From assembly GCA_035526765.1 (NCBI GenBank), contig DATLBS010000016.1:8681-72680 (forward strand): a DNA stretch of 64,000 nucleotides, read 5' to 3'. Made by a program: the position numbers and the translations under genes. This stretch comes from Thermoplasmatota archaeon. GTDB lineage: Archaea > Thermoplasmatota > E2 > JACPAO01 > JAHFTW01. Under the pieces are notes generated by a model. That model made no database searches. It saw only the letters and a list, made by a program, of their open reading frames with translations, and was not told the origin of the DNA. Positions 1 to 10,676 of this stretch are shown piece by piece (the stretch's first letter is position 1; every line of letters starts with the position of its first letter).

Positions 1-2
1 GC

Positions 3-218
3 GCGGACATCTCGGACGACCACCTCGCCTTCATCCAGGCAGGCATCCCCGCCATCGACATCGTGGACGCGGGACGACCCACCACCTTCCCTCCCCAATG
101 GGACACCACCATGGACACCGTGGACAAGCTCGACGCCGCCATGTTGGGGCTGGTGGGGGACACGCTGCTGGCGACGCTGCGCGACCCGTCGCTTCCGGGC
201 CTGCTGCAGGCCCCCTAG
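3..218 (+). CDS. C-terminal fragment of M28-family peptidase / glutaminyl-cyclase-like protein (5' truncated by window edge)
   Basis: Manual translation ADISDDHLAFIQAGIPAIDIVD...PQWDTTMDTVDKLD, matching the M28 C-terminal DDH.PF..GIP / W(H)T..DT pattern. Confidence 0.75.
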   Translation, partial: ADISDDHLAFIQAGIPAIDIVDAGRPTTFPPQWDTTMDTVDKLDAAMLGLVGDTLLATLRDPSLPGLLQAP

Positions 219-238
219 ACAAGCAGCGCGCCGAGGGA

Positions 239-1624
239 TCAGGCGGTGGCGGTGAGCTCGACGGTGCGGGTGAGGATGCCCTTGAACCGGTCCACGAGGG
301 CCTGGGCCTGCGCCGCATCGCGGGCCTCGGCCTGGATGCGGTAAATGGGCTCGGTGCCGCTGGGGCGCACCAGCACCCAGCCTTCGGCAAGGTAGGCCTT
401 GACGCCGTCGCGGTCGTCGACGGACTGGATGCCCTTCTCGGCGCCGAGGGCCTCCTTGTAGCGGGCGAGGACGGCCTGCTTCTGCTCGTCGGGGACCTGG
501 ATCTTGTCCTTCACGAGGGCATAGGAGGGGATCTCGGAGAGCAGGCTCGACAGGGGGCGCCCCGTCTTGGCCAGCAGCTCCAGCACGAACGCCATCGCCA
601 TGAGGCCGTCGCGGCAGACCTGGTGGCGCGTGAACATGAGGCCGCCGTTGTCCTCGCCGCCGAAGACCGCCTTGTGCTTCAGCATCTCGCGCGCCACGAC
701 GGGGGACCCCACGACCGTCCATTCCAGCTTGCCGCCGCCCATCGTGACGGCGTCCGCGACGCAGGAGGAGCTGGACACGGCCGTGCACACGACGCTGCCG
801 GGGGGGTGCCTCTTGAGCTCCCACACGCAGCCCAACGCAAGGCTGCGGTCGCCCCACACGTAATCCCCCTTCTCATCGATGAAGATGGCGCGGTCCGCGT
901 CGCCGTCCTGCAGGATCCCCAGGTGGGCCTTGGAGCGCTTGACCTCCTCGATGCAGCGCTTCGAGTTGGCGGGGCTGGGCTCCGAGGGGCGGTCCCTGAA
1001 CGCGCCGTCGAGGACGCAGGAGAGGGGGACGACCTGGACGCCGAGGGCCGACATGAGGCGGGGGGCGGAGACGCAGCCGGCGCCGCCGCCGGGGTCCAGC
1101 ACCACCTTGAGCTTGGCGTTGCGGATGGCCTGCTTGTCCACCTGCCTCAGCACGGCCTCGATGTAGTGGTCGACGGCCCCGGTGTCGGACGTGTGGGTGC
1201 CCACCTCGGGCCAGGGGACCAGGCGGAACTTCTGGGAATAGTAGAGGGCCTCGACCGCAGCTTCCTCGTCCTGGGAGGTCTCGGTGCCGTCCGGGGCCAC
1301 GAGCTTGATGCCGTTGTATTCGGGAGGGTTGTGGCTGGCCGTGATGATGCCGCCGGCGGCGAACCTCTTGTCGCGGACGTAGAGCTGGATGCCGGGGCTG
1401 GGCAGGATGCCGATGTCGACGGTGTGGACGCCCGTGGAGTTGATGCCGGCGCAGAAGGCTGCGTTGAGGTGGGGGCCCGAGGAGCGGGCATCGCGGCCGA
1501 CGGCGACCTTGGCGCCCTTCGGGAGCCAGCTGCCCACCGCCTGGCCGAGACGGACCGCGAGGTCCGGGGTCATCGTGGTGCCGACGACGCCGCGCACGCC
1601 GTTGGTCCCGAACAGCTTGTTCAT
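239..1624 (-). CDS. glmM: Phosphoglucosamine mutase / phosphomannomutase (alpha-D-phosphohexomutase)
   Basis: LFGTNGVRG start, TASHNP catalytic Ser, DGDADR metal loop, VRPSGTEP; substrate specificity not certain. Confidence 0.85.
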   Translation of the reverse strand: MNKLFGTNGVRGVVGTTMTPDLAVRLGQAVGSWLPKGAKVAVGRDARSSGPHLNAAFCAGINSTGVHTVDIGILPSPGIQLYVRDKRFAAGGIITASHNPPEYNGIKLVAPDGTETSQDEEAAVEALYYSQKFRLVPWPEVGTHTSDTGAVDHYIEAVLRQVDKQAIRNAKLKVVLDPGGGAGCVSAPRLMSALGVQVVPLSCVLDGAFRDRPSEPSPANSKRCIEEVKRSKAHLGILQDGDADRAIFIDEKGDYVWGDRSLALGCVWELKRHPPGSVVCTAVSSSSCVADAVTMGGGKLEWTVVGSPVVAREMLKHKAVFGGEDNGGLMFTRHQVCRDGLMAMAFVLELLAKTGRPLSSLLSEIPSYALVKDKIQVPDEQKQAVLARYKEALGAEKGIQSVDDRDGVKAYLAEGWVLVRPSGTEPIYRIQAEARDAAQAQALVDRFKGILTRTVELTATA

Positions 1625-1687
1625 CGGGGGTCCGGAAGCCTGGACAGGGGAAAAGCCCGGCGATTGTCGGCCCGATGGCCCCCTGCT

Positions 1688-1777
1688 CACACGGAGCGCG
1701 CGGAGACCACGAAACGCCTCTTCCTGCAGCAGGCGCCTGGAACGGGGCTCTCCGCGACATCAGCGACATCCGCGTGG
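1688..1777. repeat. REP-like imperfect palindrome (cacggag/cgcggag ... ctccgcg/tccgcgtg)
   Basis: Left arm cacacggagcgcgcggaga, right arm tctccgcgacatcagcgacatccgcgtg. Confidence 0.5.
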
Positions 1778-1845
1778 AAAGCGAAAACCACCAGGAGATG
1801 CACTGATTCCCCACGCCTTCCGCGTGAAGGGCTGATGGACCTGGG

Positions 1846-2283
1846 CTATCCGACTTCGGGGCTGCCGAAGCTGTCCGCCTTGGGCTTGGCGGTCGCCTGC
1901 GTCTGGAACTGGATCTGCGGCAGCGGGATGGGGGGCGGCAGGCGAAGCTCCTTGGCGAGACCGACGGCCTCGGGGACGGCCATGCCCATGACGGCGCTGT
2001 GGACCTGCTGCGCCATCTCGGGCGGGAGGTTGCGGGAGGCGCCCCATGCGTCCGCGGCCACACCCGCACCGGGGTCGTTGAAGGTGAGGGTCCCCTCGAT
2101 CTTGATGACTCCCAGCGGGCCGTAGCTGGTGGTGTAGCCGAACTCGACGCGCAGGCGGTCGTCCGCCTCGCGGGCGACCAGGGTCAGCGTGGAGTTGTGG
2201 TCGATGCGGATCTGCTGGTTGGGCACGGGGTCGCTGAAGCGGCGCGCCTCGATGGAGCGGAGGACGATCCCCGTGACAGGCAT
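1846..2283 (-). CDS. Conserved archaeal hypothetical protein
   Basis: MPVTGIVLRSIEARRF... with coding-like codon usage; TATA-like tttttatc about 25 nt upstream. Confidence 0.7.
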   Translation of the reverse strand: MPVTGIVLRSIEARRFSDPVPNQQIRIDHNSTLTLVAREADDRLRVEFGYTTSYGPLGVIKIEGTLTFNDPGAGVAADAWGASRNLPPEMAQQVHSAVMGMAVPEAVGLAKELRLPPPIPLPQIQFQTQATAKPKADSFGSPEVG

Positions 2284-2423
2284 GGGGCGCGCGAGGGGGG
2301 GCCTTGATAAAAAGCGGGTGGCGGATTGGACAGATGCGACGCGATGCAGCCGATGCTGGAACCACAGCCTGCCCACATCTTGAGGTTCATCCCCGAGGGA
2401 GCAATGCCGCGAAGGGTTCCCCC

Positions 2424-2780
2424 ATGGCATCATCCACCCGCCTCCAGCAAGCCGACGTCCAGGTCCACGAGCACCGCACCGCCAAGGTCGTCGAGCTCGT
2501 CAGCAGCAGCAGCCGCAGCTTCCAGGAAGCCATCGAGAACGCGCTGGCCGATGCCCGCTCCACGACCCGCGGCATCACGGGCGCCCACGTCGAGAACATG
2601 CACGTCGTGTGCGACGATGGCCGCATCACGGCGTACAAGGTCAACCTGAAGGTCAGCTTCGGCGTGGAGCGCGACTCCGGGCGCGGCTCTTCCGGGAGCG
2701 ACTCGGAGTCCCGCAGCACCGGTTCGCGCGACAGCAGCTCGTCCCGCAACGGCTCGTCCCGCCGCAACGGCTCTGCCTAG
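2424..2780 (+). CDS. Dodecin family protein with Ser/Arg-rich tail
   Basis: KVVELVSSSSRSFQEAIENAL..AR.T.RGI....V.......GRITAYKVNLKVSF dodecin pattern. Confidence 0.85.
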   Translation: MASSTRLQQADVQVHEHRTAKVVELVSSSSRSFQEAIENALADARSTTRGITGAHVENMHVVCDDGRITAYKVNLKVSFGVERDSGRGSSGSDSESRSTGSRDSSSSRNGSSRRNGSA

Positions 2781-2949
2781 ACGCGCTCCCGGCGTCTTCC
2801 GTTCCGGTCGTCCTATCCTCTTTTCCTTTTCCCTCGTTGTCCGCGTCAGGCCTTCCGGGCGCATTTTGTGGCGCCGGTTGCCAGGTCTGCCGGACCTTGC
2901 AGGAGGCTCGTTCGGTCTCCGAGCGCGGATGCTTCGAAACGGGACAGGG

Positions 2950-3225
2950 TCAGGCCGTGAGGGCGCGGGCCTGCAGGAACGTCTTGCCACGCCGGGTGAT
3001 GCGGTAGCGGTCCTCCTTGAGGTCCGCACCGGGGCTGAACACGCGGCACAGCAGGCCGTCATCCACGCATTCGTCCAGGGCGAGGCCGAACCAGGATCCG
3101 ACGTCTGCCGAGGACAGCGCCATCTCCGCTTCCAGGTCATCATAGGTAAGGCCGCCGCGCTGGCGGACCGCATGCAGGATGTTCCAGACCCCGTGCATGA
3201 GTGCGGCAAAGCGTCCCCCAGACAT
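2950..3225 (-). CDS. Small winged-helix protein
   Basis: 91 aa ending in wing motif YRITRRGKTFL; divergent from the kinase. Confidence 0.55.
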   Translation of the reverse strand: MSGGRFAALMHGVWNILHAVRQRGGLTYDDLEAEMALSSADVGSWFGLALDECVDDGLLCRVFSPGADLKEDRYRITRRGKTFLQARALTA

Positions 3226-3311
3226 GTGCGCTGAGGGACAAAACGTTGGGCCCCTGGTCCGCGCTGTCCAATCAAGCAGGCCTTAATCGACCCCGCCATT
3301 GCCACGCCGTG

Positions 3312-5714
3312 GTGACGGCCCCGGCTCCCAGGCAGGTGACCGCCACCGCGGCCGCGCGCGCCACCGTGCTGGCCTGCGCCCTCCTGACCGCGTCGCTGGC
3401 GGCGCTGGTGCTGGCGGGCTGGAGGCTGGGCTGGCCAGTCCTCACCTCGCTGGCCCCAGGGGGCCCCAGCATGATGGCCACCACGGCCTGGGCGCTCATG
3501 GCCCTCGCCGCAGGCCTCCTGGCCATCCGCAGGGGCCGCTTGCCTGCGGTGAGCCTCATGGCGGGCATCCTGGTGGCCACCTTCGGGATGGCCGTGGCCG
3601 CCGAGTACGCCCTGGGGCTGGACCTCGGCGTGGACGGCTGGGGGTGGCGCATCATGGGCAGCACGCCCCCGCCGTCGCCCCGCATCGCGCCCCTCACCGC
3701 GCTTGGCCTCATCGCCGCCGGCACCGCGACGGCGGCCATGGGGAGCGCGAAGGGACGACGCCTGGGCACGCCGCTTGCCCTGGTGGGAGGCGCCGTGGGG
3801 TTGCTGCAGCTCACCACCGACCTGTACGGCACCCGCGTCCCGGGCCGGAACACGCAGATGGCCGCGCACACCGCGCTGGCGATCCTCCTCCTTGCCATCG
3901 GGCAGCTTTCCCTGCGGCCCCACGAAGGGCGCCTGGCGGTGCTGTGGGGGCGGAGCGAGGCCTCCCGTGTCGCGCGACGGCTGCTGCCGGCGGCGCTGCT
4001 GTCGCCGCTTGCCCTGGGCCTGCCCTTCGCGCTAGCCGTCCGCTCGGGCACGCAGCAGTCCCTCTTCGCGCTCGCCCTCTTCGCGGCCTCGACGGCGGCC
4101 CTCGTGACCTCCGTCGTCTGGGTCGTCATCCTCCACCTCGAGCGCACCGGGGCCGCCCGGGATGCCCTCGTCGAGGCGGACCAGCGCAAGACCGCTCTCC
4201 TCACGGCCATCACGGAGACCACCAGCGACTCGATCTCCGTGAAGGACCTCGACAGCCGGTACGTGTACCTCAACGCCGCTGCGGGCCGGCTGCTGGGCCA
4301 TCCGGCGCAGGACCTGGTCGGGACGGACCTGTCGCAGGTCCTGGACGCGGCCACCCTGGCCCGGGTGCGGGACCAGGAGCGCGGCGTCATCGCGACCGGC
4401 CAGCCGGAGACCCGCGAGCAGGTCATCCCGGTGGACGGCGTGAAGCACCTCCTGCTGACCGAGAAGGCCCCGTACCGCGACCTGCAGGGGCGGATCGTGG
4501 GCACCATCGGGGTGTCCCGCGACATCACCGACCGCAAGAAGGCCGAGGAGGACCTGCGCCGCGCCGAGGAGCGGCTGTCCAAGGTGTTCGAGGCCACCCC
4601 GGTCGGCATCGCCCTCACGCACGCCGACGGCCGCTTCGTCGATGTCAACCCCGCCTTCCAGCAGATCACGGGGCGCACCCGCCACCAGCTCTTGTCCCCC
4701 AGCTTCACGGCGTACCAGCTGTGGGAGGACCCCGCTGACCGGGACCGCATGCTCGCGCAGGTCCGCGGCGGCGCCCTGGTGCGCGGCCACGGCGTCCGCG
4801 CCAAGCGCGCCGACGGCCAGCTGCGCGACCTCGAGGTCTCCATGGACCTTCTGGACGTGGGTGGGGAGACGCTGATCCTCACCATCGCGGCCGACGTCAC
4901 GGACCAGGCCTTGGCCGCGCGCCAGCGCGACGCCCACTCCATGGCCTTGGCGGAGCTCGACCGCCTGCAGCGCATCGAGCAGTTCCGCACCGCCTTCATC
5001 AACACCACTGCGCACGAGCTCGCCACGCCCCTCACGCCCATCCTGATCGACATGCGCCTGCTGGCCGGCCCCGAGGTGGAGTGCCTGCCTGCCCAGCAGC
5101 GGCGCGCGCTGGGCTCCCTGCTGCGCAACATCGAGCGGCTGCGGCAGACGGCGCAGGGCGTGATCGACGCCTCGCGCGTGCAGAGCGCCCAGTTGCGCCT
5201 CGACCTGCAGGACCTCGACGTCGCCACCGCCGTTCGGGACGCCGTGGCGACCCATGCCACCCCCGCGCAGCGCGCCGGCGTCCGCCTGGAGATGCAGCCC
5301 GGAGGGTCGCTGTGCGTGCGGGCGGACCCCGGGCGCCTCGCGCTCATCCTGGGCCACCTGCTGGGGAACGCGCTGAAGTTCACGCCCGCGGGGGGCCGCG
5401 TCGTGGTTGCCTGGGGGCGCCGCGATGGCTTTGCCCGGATCCGCGTGCAGGACACCGGGCCCGGGCTGGACGAGGCGCAGCAGGCGCTGCTCTGGCAACC
5501 CTATTCGCAGGTCCATGACCGCATGCAAAGCAGCGCTGTCGGCAGCGGCCTGGGGCTGTTCGTGAGCAGGAACCTCGTCGCCCTGCACGGCGGCGACGTG
5601 GGGGTCGAGAGCCCCATGCCAGGGGGCGGCAGCACCTTCTGGTTCACGCTGCCCCTGGGCAACGGGGACGCCACCGCCGGAACGGGGGGCCAGCGAGGCC
5701 TGCCCAACACCTAA
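3312..5714 (+). CDS. Membrane PAS-PAS sensor histidine kinase
   Basis: N-terminal TM helices, two PAS/PAC domains (SRDITDRK), H-box AHELATPL, N-box GNALKFT, DTGPG, GSGLGL; start uncertain (ORF open from 3201). Confidence 0.9.
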   Translation: MTAPAPRQVTATAAARATVLACALLTASLAALVLAGWRLGWPVLTSLAPGGPSMMATTAWALMALAAGLLAIRRGRLPAVSLMAGILVATFGMAVAAEYALGLDLGVDGWGWRIMGSTPPPSPRIAPLTALGLIAAGTATAAMGSAKGRRLGTPLALVGGAVGLLQLTTDLYGTRVPGRNTQMAAHTALAILLLAIGQLSLRPHEGRLAVLWGRSEASRVARRLLPAALLSPLALGLPFALAVRSGTQQSLFALALFAASTAALVTSVVWVVILHLERTGAARDALVEADQRKTALLTAITETTSDSISVKDLDSRYVYLNAAAGRLLGHPAQDLVGTDLSQVLDAATLARVRDQERGVIATGQPETREQVIPVDGVKHLLLTEKAPYRDLQGRIVGTIGVSRDITDRKKAEEDLRRAEERLSKVFEATPVGIALTHADGRFVDVNPAFQQITGRTRHQLLSPSFTAYQLWEDPADRDRMLAQVRGGALVRGHGVRAKRADGQLRDLEVSMDLLDVGGETLILTIAADVTDQALAARQRDAHSMALAELDRLQRIEQFRTAFINTTAHELATPLTPILIDMRLLAGPEVECLPAQQRRALGSLLRNIERLRQTAQGVIDASRVQSAQLRLDLQDLDVATAVRDAVATHATPAQRAGVRLEMQPGGSLCVRADPGRLALILGHLLGNALKFTPAGGRVVVAWGRRDGFARIRVQDTGPGLDEAQQALLWQPYSQVHDRMQSSAVGSGLGLFVSRNLVALHGGDVGVESPMPGGGSTFWFTLPLGNGDATAGTGGQRGLPNT

Positions 5715-5748
5715 ATGGGGGCCTCGCGTAGGGAGGTTCCCGTAGCGC

Positions 5749-7398
5749 ATGACGAAGTACATCGTCGTCACGGGCGGGGTGTTGTCGGGCCTGGGCAAAG
5801 GCATCACGACGAGCTCCATCGGGACCCTCCTCAAGGCACGCGGCGTGAGCCTGACCGCCGTCAAGATCGATCCCTACCTCAACTCGGACGCGGGCACTAT
5901 GAACCCGTTCGAGCACGGCGAGGTCTTCGTCCTCAACGACGGCGGCGAAGCGGACCTGGACCTCGGGAACTACGAGCGGTTCCTCGACATCCCCCTCACC
6001 CGCGACAACAACATCACGACCGGCAAGGTGTACAAGTCGGTCATCGACAAGGAGCGCCGAGGGGATTACCTCGGCAAGACCGTGCAGATCGTGCCCCACA
6101 TCACCAACGAGATCCGCGAATGGATCAAGCGCGTGGCCAAGAAGTCGAACGCGGACGTGTGCCTGGTCGAGGTCGGCGGCACCGTGGGCGACATCGAGTC
6201 TGCGCCCTTCCTCGAGGCCATCCGGCAACTCCACCGCGAAGTGGGCCACGAGAACCTGTTCCTCATCCACACTTCCCTGGTCCCGGTCGTCGGCGCGGTC
6301 GGGGAGCAGAAGACCAAGCCGACGCAGCACACGGTGCGCGACCTCAAGTCCATCGGTCTCCACCCCGACATGATCGTCTGCCGCAGCGCGCAGCCCCTGC
6401 ATCCCGAGATCCGCGAGAAGATCGCGAGCTTCTGCGACGTCGACGAGGCCGCCGTCATCTCCGCCCACGACGCGCGCAGCATCTACGAGGTGCCCCTCAT
6501 CCTCGAGGAGCAGGGCGTCCCCGACACCATCCTGCACCGCCTCAAGGTGAAGGCCAAGGCGCCCGACCTGGCCCCCTGGCGCGAGCTCGTGGACAAGATC
6601 GTGAACCCCAGCCACCAGGTCACGGTCGCCTTCGTGGGCAAGTACACGGACCTCAGCGACTCCTACCTCAGCATCAACGAGGCCCTGCGCCACGCCGGGG
6701 CGTCCCTTGACACGAAGGTGAAGATCGCCTACATCGAGGGCGAGGACCTCGAGTCGGACGACCGCGAGGCCTGGAAGAAGCTGAAGGAATCCGATGCCAT
6801 CCTCGTCGGTCCCGGCTTCGGCAGCCGCGGCACCGAGGGGAAGATCCGTGCCGTGCAGCACGCCCGCGAGAACGGCGTCCCCTTCCTCGGCATCTGCCTT
6901 GGCTTCCAGTTGGCCATCGTCGAGATGGCGCGCCACCTCGCCAAGCTCCCCCACGCCAATTCGACGGAGATGGACGTCAACACCGCCGACCCCGTCATCT
7001 GCATCCTGCCGGAGCAGTACGAGATCGCGGAACTGGGCGGCACGATGCGCCTGGGGTCCTACGAGTGCGTCCTTGCCATGGGCAGCCTTGCGCACGAGCT
7101 GTACGGGCGCGACCTGGTCTCCGAACGGCACCGCCACCGCTACGAGATGAACCCCGAGTACGTCGAGCGCATGGAGAAGGCGGGCGTCGTCTTCTCGGGC
7201 CGCATGCCGGACCGCCCCATCATGGAGGTCATGGAGCTGCCGCGCATCCAGCACCCGTACTTCATCGGCGGCCAGTTCCACCCCGAGTTCAACTCGCGCC
7301 CCCAGAAGCCGGGGCCGCTCTTCGTCGGCCTCATCCAGGCGGCCCTCGTCGAGAAGGGCGTCCTCAAGGCAGGCCCCGAGCCCGTCGCCGCCGCCTGA
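5749..7398 (+). CDS. pyrG: CTP synthase
   Basis: [38 protein letters not shown]. Confidence 0.98.
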   Translation: MTKYIVVTGGVLSGLGKGITTSSIGTLLKARGVSLTAVKIDPYLNSDAGTMNPFEHGEVFVLNDGGEADLDLGNYERFLDIPLTRDNNITTGKVYKSVIDKERRGDYLGKTVQIVPHITNEIREWIKRVAKKSNADVCLVEVGGTVGDIESAPFLEAIRQLHREVGHENLFLIHTSLVPVVGAVGEQKTKPTQHTVRDLKSIGLHPDMIVCRSAQPLHPEIREKIASFCDVDEAAVISAHDARSIYEVPLILEEQGVPDTILHRLKVKAKAPDLAPWRELVDKIVNPSHQVTVAFVGKYTDLSDSYLSINEALRHAGASLDTKVKIAYIEGEDLESDDREAWKKLKESDAILVGPGFGSRGTEGKIRAVQHARENGVPFLGICLGFQLAIVEMARHLAKLPHANSTEMDVNTADPVICILPEQYEIAELGGTMRLGSYECVLAMGSLAHELYGRDLVSERHRHRYEMNPEYVERMEKAGVVFSGRMPDRPIMEVMELPRIQHPYFIGGQFHPEFNSRPQKPGPLFVGLIQAALVEKGVLKAGPEPVAAA

Positions 7399-7486
7399 GC
7401 CATCAGCCCAATCAGAAGGGCAGGGACCCGGGACGGGGCGAGAAGTCGCAAAAGAAGAAGGAAGGGAAGAGGAGGGACGGGTCGCC

Positions 7487-8725
7487 CTAGTTGGCGTCCA
7501 TGGCGCCGCTGCGCGCCATGTCGATCCAGCGCTGCGCCACCGCGGGGGTGACGTCGGTGCCCTGGATGCGGACCTTGCGGCCACGCTCGGCGTCCTTGAC
7601 ACGGCGGGAGACCTCTTCGGCGGTCTCGGCGGCCAGCTGCTTGACGCTCAGGATGCCGGCGGCGACCAGGACCTCGGCGCTCTGGGGGCCGATGCCCTTG
7701 ACGCGGATCAGTTCGGCCATGGCCTGCCACTGCTTCACGAGCTCGGGGGTGGCGCCGATGAGGTTGCCGACCTGGTTGGCGTCGATGGCCAGGAGCTGCG
7801 GGATCGTGATGACGCCGTGCGCGTTGAGGCGGGAGGCGTACGCGGGCCCGATGCCCTCGATGGAGAGGATGTGCTGCTTCTCCTCGCCGGCCACGAACTC
7901 GACCGGCTTCTTGGGGCGGCTGGACTGCACGAGGTTGATGTTCTGGTCCTCGAGCTCGCGCTGCTTGACCAGCAGGAGCGTCTCGCGCTTCTTCAGGGAG
8001 GCCAGCTCGGAGTCGAGGGTCTGGCGCAGGGCGGCCTGCTCCATGTCGCGGCGCTCGATGCCTTCCATGGTCTCGTCGACGCGGATGTTGAGCTTCTTCT
8101 GCCCGGCTTCGAGGACGACGACCTTCTCCTGCAGCTCCTTGAGCAGGGGGGAGTTGACCTTGTCGGCCGTGCGCAGGGCGGTGATGTCCTTGGCCATCGC
8201 GCCGACGTCCGCGACCAGCTTCTCGATCGTGGTGCGGTAGGCGGGCTCGCGGCTGAGGGCCTCGGCGCGGGCCAGGGCGTCGGCGGCGTTCTTGAGGGCC
8301 TGGTTGGAGGCGCGCATGGCGCCGTCGTACATCTGGTCGCGGGCGTTGAACTCCCGCTTCATGGACTCCTTCAGGTCGGCAAGGTCGCGGCGGAGGGCGT
8401 CGCGGAACTCGCGGGAGGCCTCCTCCTCGCCGCGGCGCATGTCGGTCATGCGCTCCTGCTCGGAGGCGAAGAGGTCGCGGACCTGCCGCTCGACGTCGAA
8501 GATGACGCCGATGCGGAACAGGAACAGGACGAGGACGACGGTCACGACGAGGGTGGAGAGCAGCAGGGCACGGCTGAGGGCGCCGATCTCGAAGACGCCG
8601 AGGCCGGGCACGTTGCCGAGGCCCAGGATGAGCGCCGTGACGACGCCGAAGCCGAGGATGATCGCGAGAGCCCGGAAGAACTGGACATTGCGCTTGGCAA
8701 AGTCCCCTGCATCGTTGCCGTCCAT
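7487..8725 (-). CDS. Membrane-anchored coiled-coil protein with C-terminal DUF4332-like tandem helix-hairpin-helix domain
   Basis: Two N-terminal TMs, long coiled coil, IEGIGPAY...QWQAMAELIRVKGIGPQSAEVL; aggagg RBS. Confidence 0.8.
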   Translation of the reverse strand: MDGNDAGDFAKRNVQFFRALAIILGFGVVTALILGLGNVPGLGVFEIGALSRALLLSTLVVTVVLVLFLFRIGVIFDVERQVRDLFASEQERMTDMRRGEEEASREFRDALRRDLADLKESMKREFNARDQMYDGAMRASNQALKNAADALARAEALSREPAYRTTIEKLVADVGAMAKDITALRTADKVNSPLLKELQEKVVVLEAGQKKLNIRVDETMEGIERRDMEQAALRQTLDSELASLKKRETLLLVKQRELEDQNINLVQSSRPKKPVEFVAGEEKQHILSIEGIGPAYASRLNAHGVITIPQLLAIDANQVGNLIGATPELVKQWQAMAELIRVKGIGPQSAEVLVAAGILSVKQLAAETAEEVSRRVKDAERGRKVRIQGTDVTPAVAQRWIDMARSGAMDAN

Positions 8726-8800
8726 GGAGCCTCCTAGGCAGGTCTAGGATAAGCGTTTTCCTTCTGGAAACGGCGCGCCGGGGCCGAAGGCCTTTAGTGC

Positions 8801-10099
8801 CTAGGAATCCGGGGAGTCCGCCTTCATGAACTCGCGCATCACGACGGTGGCGTAGGACCCTTTCCCCAGGGCGAAGGAGAACACGGGGTCCTCGCCCCCG
8901 TCGGCGGGCACCCAGGCGAGCTCGAGGCCGCGCACGGGCTGCAGGATGCCGCGGCGGCGCCCCTCGGAGGCCACCTCCGGCATCTCGCGCACACGGAACC
9001 CGGCCAGGTCGACCCCGTGCAGGTCAAGGACCTCCTGCTCGATCTCGCCCATCGCCCCCTCGGCCAGGGGCGCGACCAGTCCTGGAAGGACGGCCGTCAG
9101 GGTGGCGCGGCCCAGGTCCAACTCCCTTTGGACCCTGGCGCGGTTGGTGGCGGTGACAAGGTGGGTCTTGGTGCCTTCCTCGTCCATCCCCATGACGCGG
9201 TCGCCGACGTGCGCCTGGTTGAGCCCCATGCCCGCCGCGACACGGGCGGAGAGGATCTCGTTGAACAGCAGAGACTGGTGCGCGTGGACGAAGAGCTGCA
9301 GGAGGTTCACAGGGTGGGCGCAGAGGGCGTACCGCCAATCGCCGGGGCGTTTCTGGAGCCGGCGCAGCATGTCGCGTTCCGGGTCCAATTGGGCGGGGAA
9401 CTGCTCCAGCGCCTTGCCCGGGTCGCGGGTCTCCTCGTAGATGCGGCGGGCTGCCTGGGCCTCCTCGCGCTCGCCAGGCATCGGGTGTCCGACGTAGAGG
9501 CGGACGGCCTCTTCCAGGTCGCCATCGACGAGGGCCTTGCCCACGAGGTGCGTGATGGGGCGGAAGTGGCCGCCGAAGCGCTGCGTGCCGAAGAAGTTGG
9601 GCACGCCACCGTTGGCCACGATGGCATCAAGGGTTCCCTGCACCGCGGCCTTGTCGCGGCTGGACCCCCGCACGCGCAGGACGAAGCGGTTGCCCTCGTG
9701 CGCCCCCGTGAAGCTTGCCTTGCGGGTGGCATGGGCCTCCAGGACCTTGACGTCGGACATCGCAAGGGCCTGCACCTTGGCCATGGGGGCCTTGAAGGTG
9801 AACCACTGCTCCGTGACGGCGCGCTTGTCCTTCATGCCGGCGAAGGCGACGTGCTCGCGCGGGATGCCCAGCTCGCGGGCGGCCTGCATGGCGAAGCGGT
9901 TGGTCTCCCAGTTGCGCAGCTCGATGCGGGCGGCCGTGTACGCGCCGTCGGCGAGGGGTGCAGGGCCAGGTCCGAGCTCGATGACGCGGAAGTCCTCGGG
10001 CTCGGTGCGCAGCTTGCCGCCGATGCCGGGGGTGGTGGAGAGGTAGGAGCGGAGGCCGAGGGCCTGCTCGGATTCCGGAGGCACGGGGTGCTGGCCCAT
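8801..10099 (-). CDS. truD: tRNA pseudouridine(13) synthase TruD
   Basis: PEDFRVIE, FAGMKDKRAVTEQW, GNRF, PNFFGTQRFG, GSYAT. Confidence 0.95.
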   Translation of the reverse strand: MGQHPVPPESEQALGLRSYLSTTPGIGGKLRTEPEDFRVIELGPGPAPLADGAYTAARIELRNWETNRFAMQAARELGIPREHVAFAGMKDKRAVTEQWFTFKAPMAKVQALAMSDVKVLEAHATRKASFTGAHEGNRFVLRVRGSSRDKAAVQGTLDAIVANGGVPNFFGTQRFGGHFRPITHLVGKALVDGDLEEAVRLYVGHPMPGEREEAQAARRIYEETRDPGKALEQFPAQLDPERDMLRRLQKRPGDWRYALCAHPVNLLQLFVHAHQSLLFNEILSARVAAGMGLNQAHVGDRVMGMDEEGTKTHLVTATNRARVQRELDLGRATLTAVLPGLVAPLAEGAMGEIEQEVLDLHGVDLAGFRVREMPEVASEGRRRGILQPVRGLELAWVPADGGEDPVFSFALGKGSYATVVMREFMKADSPDS

Positions 10100-10112
10100 G
10101 TTACGTCCCCCA

Positions 10113-10179
10113 CGAACCACAGATTGCACAGAATTCACAGAACGTCGGAATCTGTGTCATCGGTGGAATCTGTGGTTCG
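10113..10179. repeat. REP-like imperfect palindrome (cacaga-type)
   Basis: cgaaccacagattgcacagaattcacaga ... tctgtgtcatcggtggaatctgtggttcg with terminal arms complementary. Confidence 0.75.
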
Positions 10180-10196
10180 GTCGGGCGCGTAACGCC

Positions 10197-10484
10197 TCAG
10201 TTCCGCTTCTTGAGCTGGGCCGCGAACTCAGTCTCGAATCCGTCGAACTCGGCGATGAGGTTCTTGACGGTGCGCTTGAGGACGACCTCGGGCTTGGCCT
10301 TGCCCTTCGTGCGCAGGAAGATCTTCGGGGTGGAGAGGCTCGGGTGCTCGATGATGTACTCGGCGAAGTCGACGTCCTTGTCCGCCAGGAGCGCCTGCTT
10401 GATCGGGTTGAGGAGGGTCTCGTTCTCGCCGAGGACCTCGATCTCCATCTCGGTGGCCGTGCTGGAGAGGACCTTGAGCTGCAT
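10197..10484 (-). CDS. rpoL: DNA-directed RNA polymerase subunit L (Rpo11)
   Basis: GENETLLN, V.FAEY.IEHP; cttaaata TATA about 25 nt upstream. Confidence 0.92.
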   Translation of the reverse strand: MQLKVLSSTATEMEIEVLGENETLLNPIKQALLADKDVDFAEYIIEHPSLSTPKIFLRTKGKAKPEVVLKRTVKNLIAEFDGFETEFAAQLKKRN

Positions 10485-10676
10485 AGGGCGCGCGACTTGG
10501 GGCTTTTATTTAAGCATGGAGGTCGGCGGCCTCCCTGGCCTTGCAGCCGCGGGGGTCGTTTTCCGTGCCATTCCACCCCTTCAGGCCTTGGAAGAGGATT
10601 GGAGGGCCTCCACGCGGTTTTCCGAACATGTCGGGTCTTTGGGAGCGTTTGTGACTTGGCCTATGTTTTCCGTAGT

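Noticed and set aside
98..2125. Long shadow ORFs such as 98-2125 (+), most of 45424-48534 (+), 42029-44833 (+) and 60399-62804 (+)
   Set aside because: Antisense or alternate-frame ORFs over well-supported genes, expected at this GC content
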